Of a stretch of 31,392 nucleotides of DNA, positions 16,043 to 24,781 are shown one piece after another (position 1 is the first letter of the stretch; each line of letters begins with the position of its first letter). The stretch comes from Lachnospiraceae bacterium. Its GTDB lineage: Bacteria > Bacillota > Clostridia > Lachnospirales > Lachnospiraceae. Below the pieces are notes generated by a model. It was not told the origin of the DNA. It did no database searches and saw nothing but the letters and a program-made list of their open reading frames with translations. The stretch spans positions 1-31,392 of the forward strand of contig JBNMIW010000001.1 of NCBI GenBank assembly GCA_050873485.1. The letters are read 5' to 3'. The position numbers were made by a program, and so were the translations under genes.

Positions 16043-16915
16043 CTAACCCTTTCGATTCGCATCCTTATCAATATCCCTGTGAACAATCCGCACACTATAA
16101 GGCAGCGTCTCCAACTCTTTGTATATGCCATTTGCAAGAGTGACCGAACGATGTTTTCCGCCGGTACAGCCGATTGCAACGACTAACCCATTCTTTCCTT
16201 CCTTTATGTAATTCGGAATCAGAAACTCTAACAGATCTGCAATCTTATTCATGAATTCTTTGGCTTCATCAAACTGCATAACAAAATTCTGTATTGCCTC
16301 ATCATTCCCCGTGAGAGGACGCAATTCCAGATCATAATATGGATTCGGAAGAAATCTGACATCAAATACCAGATCCGCATCCCTTGGAATTCCATATTTG
16401 AATCCAAAGGATACTACATTTATAATAAAATTACTGTATTCCGCATTCTCAATAAATATCTTATCGAGTTCTGCCTTCAGCTCTCTTGTCAGCAGACTCG
16501 TCGTATCAATAATATAATCCGCTTCTTTCCGCAAAAATGCAATCCGGCTTCGCTCCATCTTGATTCCGTCTTCTATTCTGCCATTTCTTGCAAGCGGATG
16601 ATTCCGTCTGGTTTCTTTGTATCGTTTGATCAATACGTCATCATTCGAATCCAAAAATAAGATCTCATAATCATATTGTGACGCCTTTAGCTGCTGAAGA
16701 CATTCTGAAAGCTGCTCTAAATACACTCCGCTCCGGATGTCTACTCCGATTGCCACGTTATTAATGTCATTGTCCTTCGCATATGCAATCTCTGCAAAAC
16801 GCATGATCAATTGAATCGGCAGATTATCTACACAGAAATATCCGATATCTTCTAATGTTTTTAATGTTGTACTCTTGCCGGCTCCACTCATGCCGGTTAC
16901 AATCACAAATCTCAT
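16043..16915 (-). CDS. rapZ: RNase adapter RapZ/YvcJ (P-loop NTPase)
   Basis: TGMSGAGKS, FCVDNLP, SFGFKYGIP..DVRFLPNPY, GCTGGKHRSV. GTG 16921 is an alternative start. Confidence 0.95.
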   Translation of the reverse strand: MRFVIVTGMSGAGKSTTLKTLEDIGYFCVDNLPIQLIMRFAEIAYAKDNDINNVAIGVDIRSGVYLEQLSECLQQLKASQYDYEILFLDSNDDVLIKRYKETRRNHPLARNGRIEDGIKMERSRIAFLRKEADYIIDTTSLLTRELKAELDKIFIENAEYSNFIINVVSFGFKYGIPRDADLVFDVRFLPNPYYDLELRPLTGNDEAIQNFVMQFDEAKEFMNKIADLLEFLIPNYIKEGKNGLVVAIGCTGGKHRSVTLANGIYKELETLPYSVRIVHRDIDKDANRKG

Positions 16916-16930
16916 TTGCACAAACCTTCT

Positions 16931-17842
16931 CTATCTTTCACCTACAAGCCGAACCTCCGGCTCTAACGTTACCTGATATTTATCATATACCTTTTGTCTG
17001 ACGTCCTCTATAAGTTGCATTACATCAGTAGCAGTGGCACCGCCTTTATTGATGACAAATCCACAGTGTTTCTCCGACACCTGTGCACCCCCGACCTGAT
17101 AGCCTGCAAGCCCCGCATCCATGATCAGCTTTCCTGCAAAATACCCTTCCGGACGTTTAAATGTAGAGCCCGCACTCGGAAATTCCAATGGCTGTTTGGT
17201 TCTTCTTGCCGTTGTCAGTTCTTCCATACGCTGTGTGATTTGTTCCCGGTCTCCCTGTTGCAGAGACAGGGTTGCTCCAACTACAATATAGTCCGTTCCC
17301 TCTACTGCACTGTGCCGATAAGAAAAATCCATCTCCTCACCTGTCCGTTCGCTCAGATTGCCATCATGATCCATCAACTGCACTGTTTCTACAATATCTT
17401 TCATCTCACCGCCGTATGCCCCGGCATTCATCATAACGGCTCCGCCCAACGTACCCGGTATACCGGCAGCAAACTCAAAACCGGTAAGTCCCGCATCCCT
17501 GGTTGCCAATCCAAGTCGTCCAAGAATAACTCCCGCCATTGCTCTAACAGTTGTTCCCTCAATCGAAAAATGGCTGAAATTCTGATCCAGTAATATGACA
17601 ACTCCTGTCATTCCGGCATCGCTGACTAATAAGTTACTTCCATGTCCTAATATAAAATATGGTGTATCTTCTGCCCGGCAAAGCATAACAATCTGTCCCA
17701 ATTCCTCTACGTTCCGCGGTGCGACAAGATATTGTGCCGGTCCGCCGATTCGAAATGTCGTATGTTTCGCCATCGGTTCATCTATTTTCACATTCTGTTT
17801 TCCAACTATTCGGTATAATTCGTTGATTAAATTCTGGCTCAT
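16931..17842 (-). CDS. murB: UDP-N-acetylenolpyruvoylglucosamine reductase
   Basis: HTTFRIGGPA, GIPGTLGGAVMMNAGAYG, KQPLEFPSAGSTFKRP, SEKHCGF. Start could be 17860. Confidence 0.96.
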   Translation of the reverse strand: MSQNLINELYRIVGKQNVKIDEPMAKHTTFRIGGPAQYLVAPRNVEELGQIVMLCRAEDTPYFILGHGSNLLVSDAGMTGVVILLDQNFSHFSIEGTTVRAMAGVILGRLGLATRDAGLTGFEFAAGIPGTLGGAVMMNAGAYGGEMKDIVETVQLMDHDGNLSERTGEEMDFSYRHSAVEGTDYIVVGATLSLQQGDREQITQRMEELTTARRTKQPLEFPSAGSTFKRPEGYFAGKLIMDAGLAGYQVGGAQVSEKHCGFVINKGGATATDVMQLIEDVRQKVYDKYQVTLEPEVRLVGER

Positions 17843-17977
17843 ATCTTCCCAACCATTCAAATATATTATTTCTCAGATTCCCTTTTCCCCATGGATAGCT
17901 ATATCCTTCAAACGGAAATCCACATTCTTACTTATTATATTCTATATATTCTAAGAAAATCAATGTACGAAGTCACG

Positions 17978-18005
17978 AAAAAAAGGGAGAGTTCACTCTC
18001 CCTTT
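17978..18005 (-). terminator. Intrinsic terminator after glcK
   Basis: AAAGGGAGAG-TGAA-CTCTCCCTTT followed by further Ts on the minus strand. Confidence 0.85.
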
Positions 18006-18028
18006 CGGCTTTTTCACCAATTTATTAG

Positions 18029-18970
18029 TTATTTCGTAAGGATTGCCTTCGCACTTCCGTAAATACCGGCATCATTTCCAAGCGTAGCAAGTACGAACTG
18101 TGTACCTTTGCAGGCATGGAATACGTACTGCTGATAATACTTAGCAGTTGTCTTTAACAGGATATCACCGGCACGGGACACGCCGCCACCGATTACAAAT
18201 GCTTCCGGATCACAGACACAGGCTACACTTGCCAATGCTTTACCAAGAATTCTTCCATGATCTTCTACTAATTCTAACGCAAGATCATCACCCTCTTTAG
18301 CAGCATCAAAGATCTCTTTTGCAGATATGTACTGTACACTGCGCAACTTAGAAGCACGGTCTGTATTGTTCAATGCACGTTCTGCCATTCTGGTAATACC
18401 GGTTGCAGATGTATACTGCTCCAAACATCCCTTCTTACCACAACCACATACTTCTGTCTCATCATCATTTACACAGATATGTCCGATCTCTCCGCCGGCA
18501 CCATTGGTTCCGTATAACATCTTGCCATTGATGATGATACCGCCACCAACACCGGTTCCTAATGTTACCATGACAATAGAAGAGAAACCTTTTCCGCCTC
18601 CCTGCCACATCTCGCCAAGGGATGCCATATTTGCATCATTACCAACTTTGGCAGGAAGTCCTAACAATTTCTCAACTTCTTCCTCTACGTTAAATACACC
18701 CCATCCAAGATTCACGCAACGAAGTACCGTTCCGTCATCCTTAACCGGTCCCGGAACACCGATACCAACACCGGCAACATCTGCTTTATCCACATTCTTC
18801 TCAGCCATCTTTGCCTCTACAGAAGCTGCAACGTCCGGTAAAATAAAACGTCCACCCTCATCCTTGCGGGTTGGGATCTCCCATTTGTCTAACAACTCAC
18901 CCTCTACGGTAAAGAAACCAAGCTTAACAGTTGTTCCTCCGATATCTACACCAAATACATACTTACTCAT
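18029..18970 (-). CDS. glcK: ROK-family glucokinase
   Basis: GVDIGGT, GIGVPGP, NDAN, TLGTGVGGG, GEIGH, zinc motif CGCGKKGCLE. Confidence 0.92.
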   Translation of the reverse strand: MSKYVFGVDIGGTTVKLGFFTVEGELLDKWEIPTRKDEGGRFILPDVAASVEAKMAEKNVDKADVAGVGIGVPGPVKDDGTVLRCVNLGWGVFNVEEEVEKLLGLPAKVGNDANMASLGEMWQGGGKGFSSIVMVTLGTGVGGGIIINGKMLYGTNGAGGEIGHICVNDDETEVCGCGKKGCLEQYTSATGITRMAERALNNTDRASKLRSVQYISAKEIFDAAKEGDDLALELVEDHGRILGKALASVACVCDPEAFVIGGGVSRAGDILLKTTAKYYQQYVFHACKGTQFVLATLGNDAGIYGSAKAILTK

Positions 18971-18984
18971 AATATCCTCCTTAT

Positions 18985-19920
18985 TTATAGATCTTTATTC
19001 TTATTCATATTATTGGTTACACGGTTGTAAAGTTCCTGTGCAGCATTATATCCCATTTCCTTCTGACGATGGTTAACTGCCGCTGATTCTACAATAATTG
19101 CAAGGTTCCGACCCGGACGGATCGGAATATTATACGATACCACCTTGTTACCAAGAAATTCTGTATACTGATCCTCTAATCCTAAACGATCGTAATTGTT
19201 ATCCTTGTCCCACTCTTCCAAATTGATGACCAGATCGATCGACTGGCTCATCTTAACACATTCAAATCCAAAGAGTGCTTTCACATCAATAATTCCGATT
19301 CCCCGAAGTTCAATAAAATGTCTTGTAATATCCGGAGAAGTTCCAACCAGTGTTTCTTCCGATACTTTCTTAATCTCTACCACGTCATCCGATACCAGAC
19401 GATGTCCGCGTTTGATCAATTCGAGTGCCGCCTCTGATTTACCGATTCCACTCTCGCCCATGATCAGAACTCCGACACCATATACATCAACCAATACGGC
19501 ATGTACCGAAATTCTTGGTGCTAATTCCACATGCAGCCAGCGTACCGTCTCATGTACAAATGCAGATGTTGTCGCATCCGATGTCAATACCGGAACACCA
19601 TATTTTCTTCCTGCTTCCAACACAAAATCCTGCGGCTGTAATCCCCGACAAAATACCAGACACGGAAACTTATATTGGAACAGATTATCAAAAATCTTCG
19701 CTGTCTCATCCCGGTCATGAATACTTGTTATATACGCATGCTCCACGTTACCACAGATCTGAATCCGGTTAGAATCAAAATGTTCAAAGAATCCGGATAA
19801 CTGAACTGCCGGACGGTTAATATCCGGATCTGTGATCAGGATCTTGTCTGTATCGATCTCCGGTAAATGATTGACTAAATTGAGCTTTTCAATAAACTTC
19901 GTTAAAGTTGTTGAATACAT
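18985..19920 (-). CDS. hprK: HPr kinase/phosphorylase
   Basis: GESGIGKSE Walker A, LVSDDVV, ELRGIGII, PIRPGRNLA; RBS GAGGAGAGG. Confidence 0.97.
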   Translation of the reverse strand: MYSTTLTKFIEKLNLVNHLPEIDTDKILITDPDINRPAVQLSGFFEHFDSNRIQICGNVEHAYITSIHDRDETAKIFDNLFQYKFPCLVFCRGLQPQDFVLEAGRKYGVPVLTSDATTSAFVHETVRWLHVELAPRISVHAVLVDVYGVGVLIMGESGIGKSEAALELIKRGHRLVSDDVVEIKKVSEETLVGTSPDITRHFIELRGIGIIDVKALFGFECVKMSQSIDLVINLEEWDKDNNYDRLGLEDQYTEFLGNKVVSYNIPIRPGRNLAIIVESAAVNHRQKEMGYNAAQELYNRVTNNMNKNKDL

Positions 19921-20007
19921 TACACCTCTCCTCTCAATATACACACAATACAGATATTATACTAAAAAATACAGACATTTACCACTATAAATATTTATCT
20001 TTCTGCA

Positions 20008-20037
20008 TAAAAAGAGCAGCCGCCACGGCAACTGCTC
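20008..20037 (-). terminator. Intrinsic terminator after rubrerythrin
   Basis: Minus strand GAGCAGTTGCCGTGGCGGCTGCTC followed by TTTTT. Confidence 0.8.
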
Positions 20038-20066
20038 CATTCTTACTTCTTCTATATTGATACCAA

Positions 20067-20609
20067 TCAATAATTCTCTGCATGAACCTCAAAATAACTC
20101 TGTGGGTGATTACATACCGGACATACCTCCGGTGCCTTTGTTCCGACAACAATGTGTCCACAATTCCGGCACTCCCAGACTTTCACTTCGGATTTTTCAA
20201 ATACCTGTGCTGTCTCAATATTCTGAAGCAGTGCACGATATCTCTCCTCATGATGTTTCTCAATCTCACCTACTGCTCTGAACTTTGCGGCAAGCTCCGG
20301 GAATCCTTCTTCCTCTGCGGTCTTTGCAAATCCTTCGTACATATCAGTCCATTCATAGTTCTCACCTTCTGCTGCCGCAGCAAGATTTGCTTTCGTATCT
20401 CCAATTCCTGCAAGTTCCTTAAACCACATCTTAGCATGTTCTTTCTCGTTATCTGCTGTTTTAAGGAATAATGCGGACATCTGCTCATATCCCTCTTTCT
20501 TTGCAACAGATGCAAAGTAAGTATATTTATTTCTTGCCTGGGATTCACCTGCAAATGCCTCCTGTAAATTCTTTTCTGTCTGTGTTCCTGCGTACTTATT
20601 CGTTGCCAT
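20067..20609 (-). CDS. rbr: Rubrerythrin
   Basis: [12 protein letters not shown], di-iron EKEH and EKHH motifs, C-terminal rubredoxin-like CRNC..CPVC. Confidence 0.96.
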   Translation of the reverse strand: MATNKYAGTQTEKNLQEAFAGESQARNKYTYFASVAKKEGYEQMSALFLKTADNEKEHAKMWFKELAGIGDTKANLAAAAEGENYEWTDMYEGFAKTAEEEGFPELAAKFRAVGEIEKHHEERYRALLQNIETAQVFEKSEVKVWECRNCGHIVVGTKAPEVCPVCNHPQSYFEVHAENY

Positions 20610-20631
20610 ACCTCTTTCCTCCTTTTAAAAA

Positions 20632-20646
20632 TAGGAATAATTCCTA
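20632..20646. promoter_or_regulatory. 7-1-7 palindrome, candidate Fur-family (PerR-type) operator
   Basis: TAGGAAT-A-ATTCCTA, about 25-35 bp upstream of the rbr start codon. Confidence 0.55.
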
Positions 20647-20722
20647 ATATTTATTATATCTGTTTTTTTAGATTTTTCAATCCCCATTTTATCAAATTCA
20701 CAATAGTTTCATAAAAATCTTA

Positions 20723-21607
20723 TCAACTCTCAAGATCCGCTTCCCTGTATCTTAAATATTCTACGAATTTAAGTGCCGCCGGAGTCATCCTGTCCCGATC
20801 CTTCATGGCCAGACAGATTTCCCTGTAATATGGTTTTTCCAGAGGCCGGACCACAACATTATAAGGAATACGCTGCAAGATCATATCCGGCAAAATGCCA
20901 ATCCCCAAGCCCTTCTCTGCCATCGACATAATGGCAAAATCTTCCCAGGTTGTGAATCGGATCCGGGGATGGATATCATGCGCTTCCAACAACTCCGACA
21001 CTTCTGTCTTTCCTCCATGTTCCAGCAGTAAAAACGGTTGATCCTCCAGGTCGGAAAACAGGATCCTCTTCTTTGCTGCGAATGGATGATCTGCCGGCAG
21101 CACCACTTTATATTCATCTTTTTTGAGAAAGATACTATCAAGCTGCATATCCGGCGTCTTCCGTAAAAAACCACAGTCAACACGTCCCTCTTCAATCCAA
21201 TGTTCCACCTCATCATAATCCCCTAACAGCATTTCATATTCAATCCCCGGATAATCCTTTTGGAATCTCGCAAATATATTCGGCAGCCAGTTGATCGCCA
21301 CACTAGAAAATGTACCGATCCGAACGATTCCGCTTTGTATGCCATTCAATTGATCCACATATCCTTCCAGATCCTGAAAATCATTTAAAATCGTTCGAAT
21401 CCGAGGCAGAATCTGCTCTCCGGTTGCGGTAAGACAAATTCCACTCTTGCTGCGTTTCAATAATACGATTCCCCATTCTTTTTCCAAATCTGCAACCATC
21501 TTGCTGATAGAAGACTGTGCATAGTTCAATTCTTCCGCTGCCTTTGTAAAACTGCCCTGTTCTACTGTCTTCACAAAGGCAAGATATTTTAATAAATTGT
21601 TATCCAT
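20723..21607 (-). CDS. LysR-family transcriptional regulator
   Basis: HTH GSFTKAAEELNYAQSSISKMVADLE, LTATGE, substrate-binding domain; divergent from a MATE gene. Confidence 0.95.
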   Translation of the reverse strand: MDNNLLKYLAFVKTVEQGSFTKAAEELNYAQSSISKMVADLEKEWGIVLLKRSKSGICLTATGEQILPRIRTILNDFQDLEGYVDQLNGIQSGIVRIGTFSSVAINWLPNIFARFQKDYPGIEYEMLLGDYDEVEHWIEEGRVDCGFLRKTPDMQLDSIFLKKDEYKVVLPADHPFAAKKRILFSDLEDQPFLLLEHGGKTEVSELLEAHDIHPRIRFTTWEDFAIMSMAEKGLGIGILPDMILQRIPYNVVVRPLEKPYYREICLAMKDRDRMTPAALKFVEYLRYREADLES

Positions 21608-21654
21608 TTTATATTCCTTTTTTCGATATATATTATCACTATTATTCGCTTTTT

Positions 21655-21680
21655 ATATTGTAAAACAGCCATTACAATAT
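21655..21680. promoter_or_regulatory. Perfect 9-8-9 palindrome in the LysR-MATE divergent region
   Basis: ATATTGTAA-AACAGCCA-TTACAATAT. Confidence 0.5.
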
Positions 21681-21717
21681 TTCAAGAATCAAACTACTTG
21701 GAAAGGATATTTATAAA

Positions 21718-23058
21718 ATGAATGCAGCCAATCAAAAGATCAATATGTTAGAAGGTTCTCTCAAAAAGAATATATTGTTATTTACACTTCCAATCGCCTT
21801 AAGCAGTATGCTTCAACAGCTCTTTAACGCAGCAGACACATCTATTGTCGGCTACTTTGGCAGTGCTGATGCACTCGCCGCGGTAGGAACAAACGGAGAA
21901 ATCGTCGCTCTGATCGTCACACTTTCCTCCGGATTAGCAATCGGTACTAATGTATGGATTGCGACACAGATCGGACAAAAACAGATGCAGACAATCTCTC
22001 CGATCGTTCATACTTCCATCCTGCTTGCAGCGATCGTTGGCATCATCGGCGCCATCGCCGGACAATTCATTGCACATCCTCTGCTTTCTCTCATCCAGAC
22101 ACCCGATCACATTTTATCCTCAGCAGAACTTTATCTGCGGATATATTTTGGCGGATACCCTTTTCTATTATTATACGATTTCGGGTCTGCAATCCTGCGC
22201 GCACGCGGCGACAGCCGCTACCCGTTTATTGCTCTGAGCATTGCAGGTATTGTCAATGTATTTCTGAATCTCTTTTTTGTGATTTTCTTTCATTTAGGTG
22301 TAACCGGTGTCGCCCTTGCAACCGATATATCCACGTTTTTATCAGCGATAATGGTTCTTTTCCGCCTGCGAAAAGATTCGGGAGATTTTCATTTATCCTA
22401 CAAAAGTTTAAAGCTTCACACTACGCACATCGTCTCCATCCTGAAGATCGGAATTCCTTCCGCACTCCAGGGTGCTGTCTTTTGTTTTGCAAATATTTTT
22501 GTTCAGGCAGCGGTAAATCAATTTGGTTCCATTGCCATCGCGGGAAGCACCATCGCTATGAATTTTGAATATTTTACCTACTATGTGATCACTGCATTCG
22601 GACAAACAGCTACCACTTTTACCAGTCAGAATTATGCAGCGGGATATACCCGGCGTTGCCGCCGGATCTTATTTTGGTGTACTGCATTTTCCATCTTTTT
22701 CAGTTCGAGCCTCATCATTCCGATCGTCATTTTCCGCAATTGGTTTTCCGGCTTTTTTGCTACGGAACCACTCGTAATTGAAAATGCATGCCTTCGGATT
22801 CTGTGCATCCTGCTCTACGAACCGATCTGCAATCTCTACGAAATCCCTGCCAGTGTTCTACGCGGAACCGGACACTCCCTGCTTCCTGCCATCATGACAA
22901 TTCTTGGCACCTGCGCGTTTCGTATTCTATGGATCTGCATCATTTTCCGTCAGCATCCGGCATTAAATATTTTGTATATGGCATTCCCGTTATCATGGGT
23001 ACTTACGCTTTCCCTGATCCTTATCGGTTTTATTCTGATACGACCTTTCAAAAATTAA
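21718..23058 (+). CDS. MATE-family efflux transporter
   Basis: FTLPIALSSMLQQLFNAADT, YLRIYFGG.PF, GDSRYP, NVFLNLFF..GVTGVALAT; many hydrophobic segments; 446 aa. Confidence 0.94.
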   Translation: MNAANQKINMLEGSLKKNILLFTLPIALSSMLQQLFNAADTSIVGYFGSADALAAVGTNGEIVALIVTLSSGLAIGTNVWIATQIGQKQMQTISPIVHTSILLAAIVGIIGAIAGQFIAHPLLSLIQTPDHILSSAELYLRIYFGGYPFLLLYDFGSAILRARGDSRYPFIALSIAGIVNVFLNLFFVIFFHLGVTGVALATDISTFLSAIMVLFRLRKDSGDFHLSYKSLKLHTTHIVSILKIGIPSALQGAVFCFANIFVQAAVNQFGSIAIAGSTIAMNFEYFTYYVITAFGQTATTFTSQNYAAGYTRRCRRILFWCTAFSIFFSSSLIIPIVIFRNWFSGFFATEPLVIENACLRILCILLYEPICNLYEIPASVLRGTGHSLLPAIMTILGTCAFRILWICIIFRQHPALNILYMAFPLSWVLTLSLILIGFILIRPFKN

Positions 23059-23194
23059 TTTTATCGAGATATTTTCGTTATATTTTTCTATATTTTCTCT
23101 GTATTTTCTTTACAAGGTGTGGTATTCTCATATGGGGTACTTTATATTTTTAAGTACCCTATATAATTTGATTGATTTACAAAGGAGATTTTCG

Positions 23195-24673
23195 ATGAAA
23201 CATATTGGTTTTGATAACGATAAATATCTGTCTATGCAGTCCGAACATATCCGGGAGCGCATTTCCCAGTTCGGTGACAAATTGTATCTGGAATTTGGCG
23301 GAAAATTATTCGACGATTACCACGCTTCCCGCGTTCTTCCGGGCTTTGCACCGGACAGTAAGTTACAAATGCTGTTACAACTTGCCGATCAGGCAGAAAT
23401 GATCATTTCCATCAACGCCGCAGACATTGAACGGAATAAGATCCGTCACGACCTCGGCATCACATATGATGAAGATGTTCTACGCCTCATTGATGTATAC
23501 AAAAAGAAAGGCTTATTCGTCAGCAGCGTTGTCATTACCCGCTATGCCGGTCAGCCTTCCGCAGATCTGTTCCAGAAGAAATTAGAGGCAATCGGCATCC
23601 ATGTGTATCATCATTATTCCATTGAAGGATATCCGAATAACATTGATTTAATCGTCAGTGATGCGGGTTATGGCAAGAATGACTATATCAAAACAACCCG
23701 TCCATTGGTGATCGTAACAGCACCCGGACCTGGAAGCGGTAAGATGGCAACCTGCCTTTCCCAGCTCTATCACGAAAACAAAAATGGTATCAAAGCCGGC
23801 TATGCCAAATTCGAGACTTTCCCAATCTGGAACATTCCGTTAAAACATCCGGTCAACTTAGCATACGAAGCCGCAACTGCTGACTTAAACGATGTAAATA
23901 TGATTGATCCGTTCCATCTTGAGGCATATGGCGAAACAACTGTCAACTACAACCGTGATGTTGAGATCTACCCTGTTCTCGCTGCCATGTTTGAAGGAAT
24001 TTACGGACATTGCCCTTACAAATCTCCAACCGACATGGGCGTTAATATGGCCGGTAACTGTATTATTGATGATGAAGTGTGCAAAGAAGCCTCCAAGCAG
24101 GAGATCATTCGCAGATATTATCAATCCCTGAATCGTTTTGTAAAAGATGAGGCCACCAAAGAAGAGGTCTACAAACAGGAATTGATCATGAAACAGGCTA
24201 AGATCACCATCAATGATCGCGCTGTTGTTCCGGTTGCAAATGATCTGGCAAAGACAAACGGTTCTGCTGCGGCAGCATTAGAGCTTCCGGATGGCACCAT
24301 TGTTACCGGTTCCACCTCCGACCTGTTTGGTCCTGCATCCGCAGTCTTATTAAATGCCATCAAGATTCTTGGTAATATTGATAAGAAAGTACATCTTATC
24401 TCCCGTACTTTCATTGAACCGATCCAGCAGTTAAAGACCGGCTATCTCGGAAGCAAGAATCCTCGTCTTCACACAGACGAAGTTCTGATCGCATTGTCTA
24501 TGTGCGCGGTGTCTGATCCAAACGCAAAACTTGCCTTAGAACAACTTCCAAAATTATCCGGTTGTCAGCTCCATGTTTCATCGATTCTTTCTGCGGTTGA
24601 CATGAATACCTTCAAAAAGCTTGGTATCGAATTAACAAACGAAGCCGTATATGAAGGTGCAACTGCTAACTGA
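23195..24673 (+). CDS. DUF1846 / UPF0371 family protein (P-loop containing)
   Basis: KLYLEFGGKLFDDYHASRVLPGF, TAPGPGSGKMATCLSQLY, YAKFETFP, SPTDMGVN. Start ATG 23195 after AAGGAG. Confidence 0.9.
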   Translation: MKHIGFDNDKYLSMQSEHIRERISQFGDKLYLEFGGKLFDDYHASRVLPGFAPDSKLQMLLQLADQAEMIISINAADIERNKIRHDLGITYDEDVLRLIDVYKKKGLFVSSVVITRYAGQPSADLFQKKLEAIGIHVYHHYSIEGYPNNIDLIVSDAGYGKNDYIKTTRPLVIVTAPGPGSGKMATCLSQLYHENKNGIKAGYAKFETFPIWNIPLKHPVNLAYEAATADLNDVNMIDPFHLEAYGETTVNYNRDVEIYPVLAAMFEGIYGHCPYKSPTDMGVNMAGNCIIDDEVCKEASKQEIIRRYYQSLNRFVKDEATKEEVYKQELIMKQAKITINDRAVVPVANDLAKTNGSAAAALELPDGTIVTGSTSDLFGPASAVLLNAIKILGNIDKKVHLISRTFIEPIQQLKTGYLGSKNPRLHTDEVLIALSMCAVSDPNAKLALEQLPKLSGCQLHVSSILSAVDMNTFKKLGIELTNEAVYEGATAN

Positions 24674-24704
24674 TTATAGAAAATATTTGAAAACCAACTA
24701 TATC

Positions 24705-24761
24705 AAAAAACACAGCTACAAGTTGATCATTCTGATCGACCAACTTGCAGCTGCGTTTTTT
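24705..24761. terminator. Bidirectional terminator between the convergent DUF1846 and ileS genes
   Basis: AAAAAAC-ACAGCT-ACAAGTTG ... CAACTTG-CAGCTG-CGTTTTTT imperfect long stem flanked by A and T runs. Confidence 0.8.
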
Positions 24762-24781
24762 AATCTTTATATAACATATAA

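Noticed and set aside
16994-19720. Long plus-strand ORFs 16994-17593, 18327-19076 and 19196-19720
   Set aside because: Antisense shadows of murB, glcK and hprK; their S/P/T-rich composition is what reverse-strand codons of conserved genes produce.
21954-22568. 204-aa alternative-frame ORF inside the MATE gene
   Set aside because: Out-of-frame overlap with a well-supported gene; Arg/Ser/Cys-rich, with no RBS.
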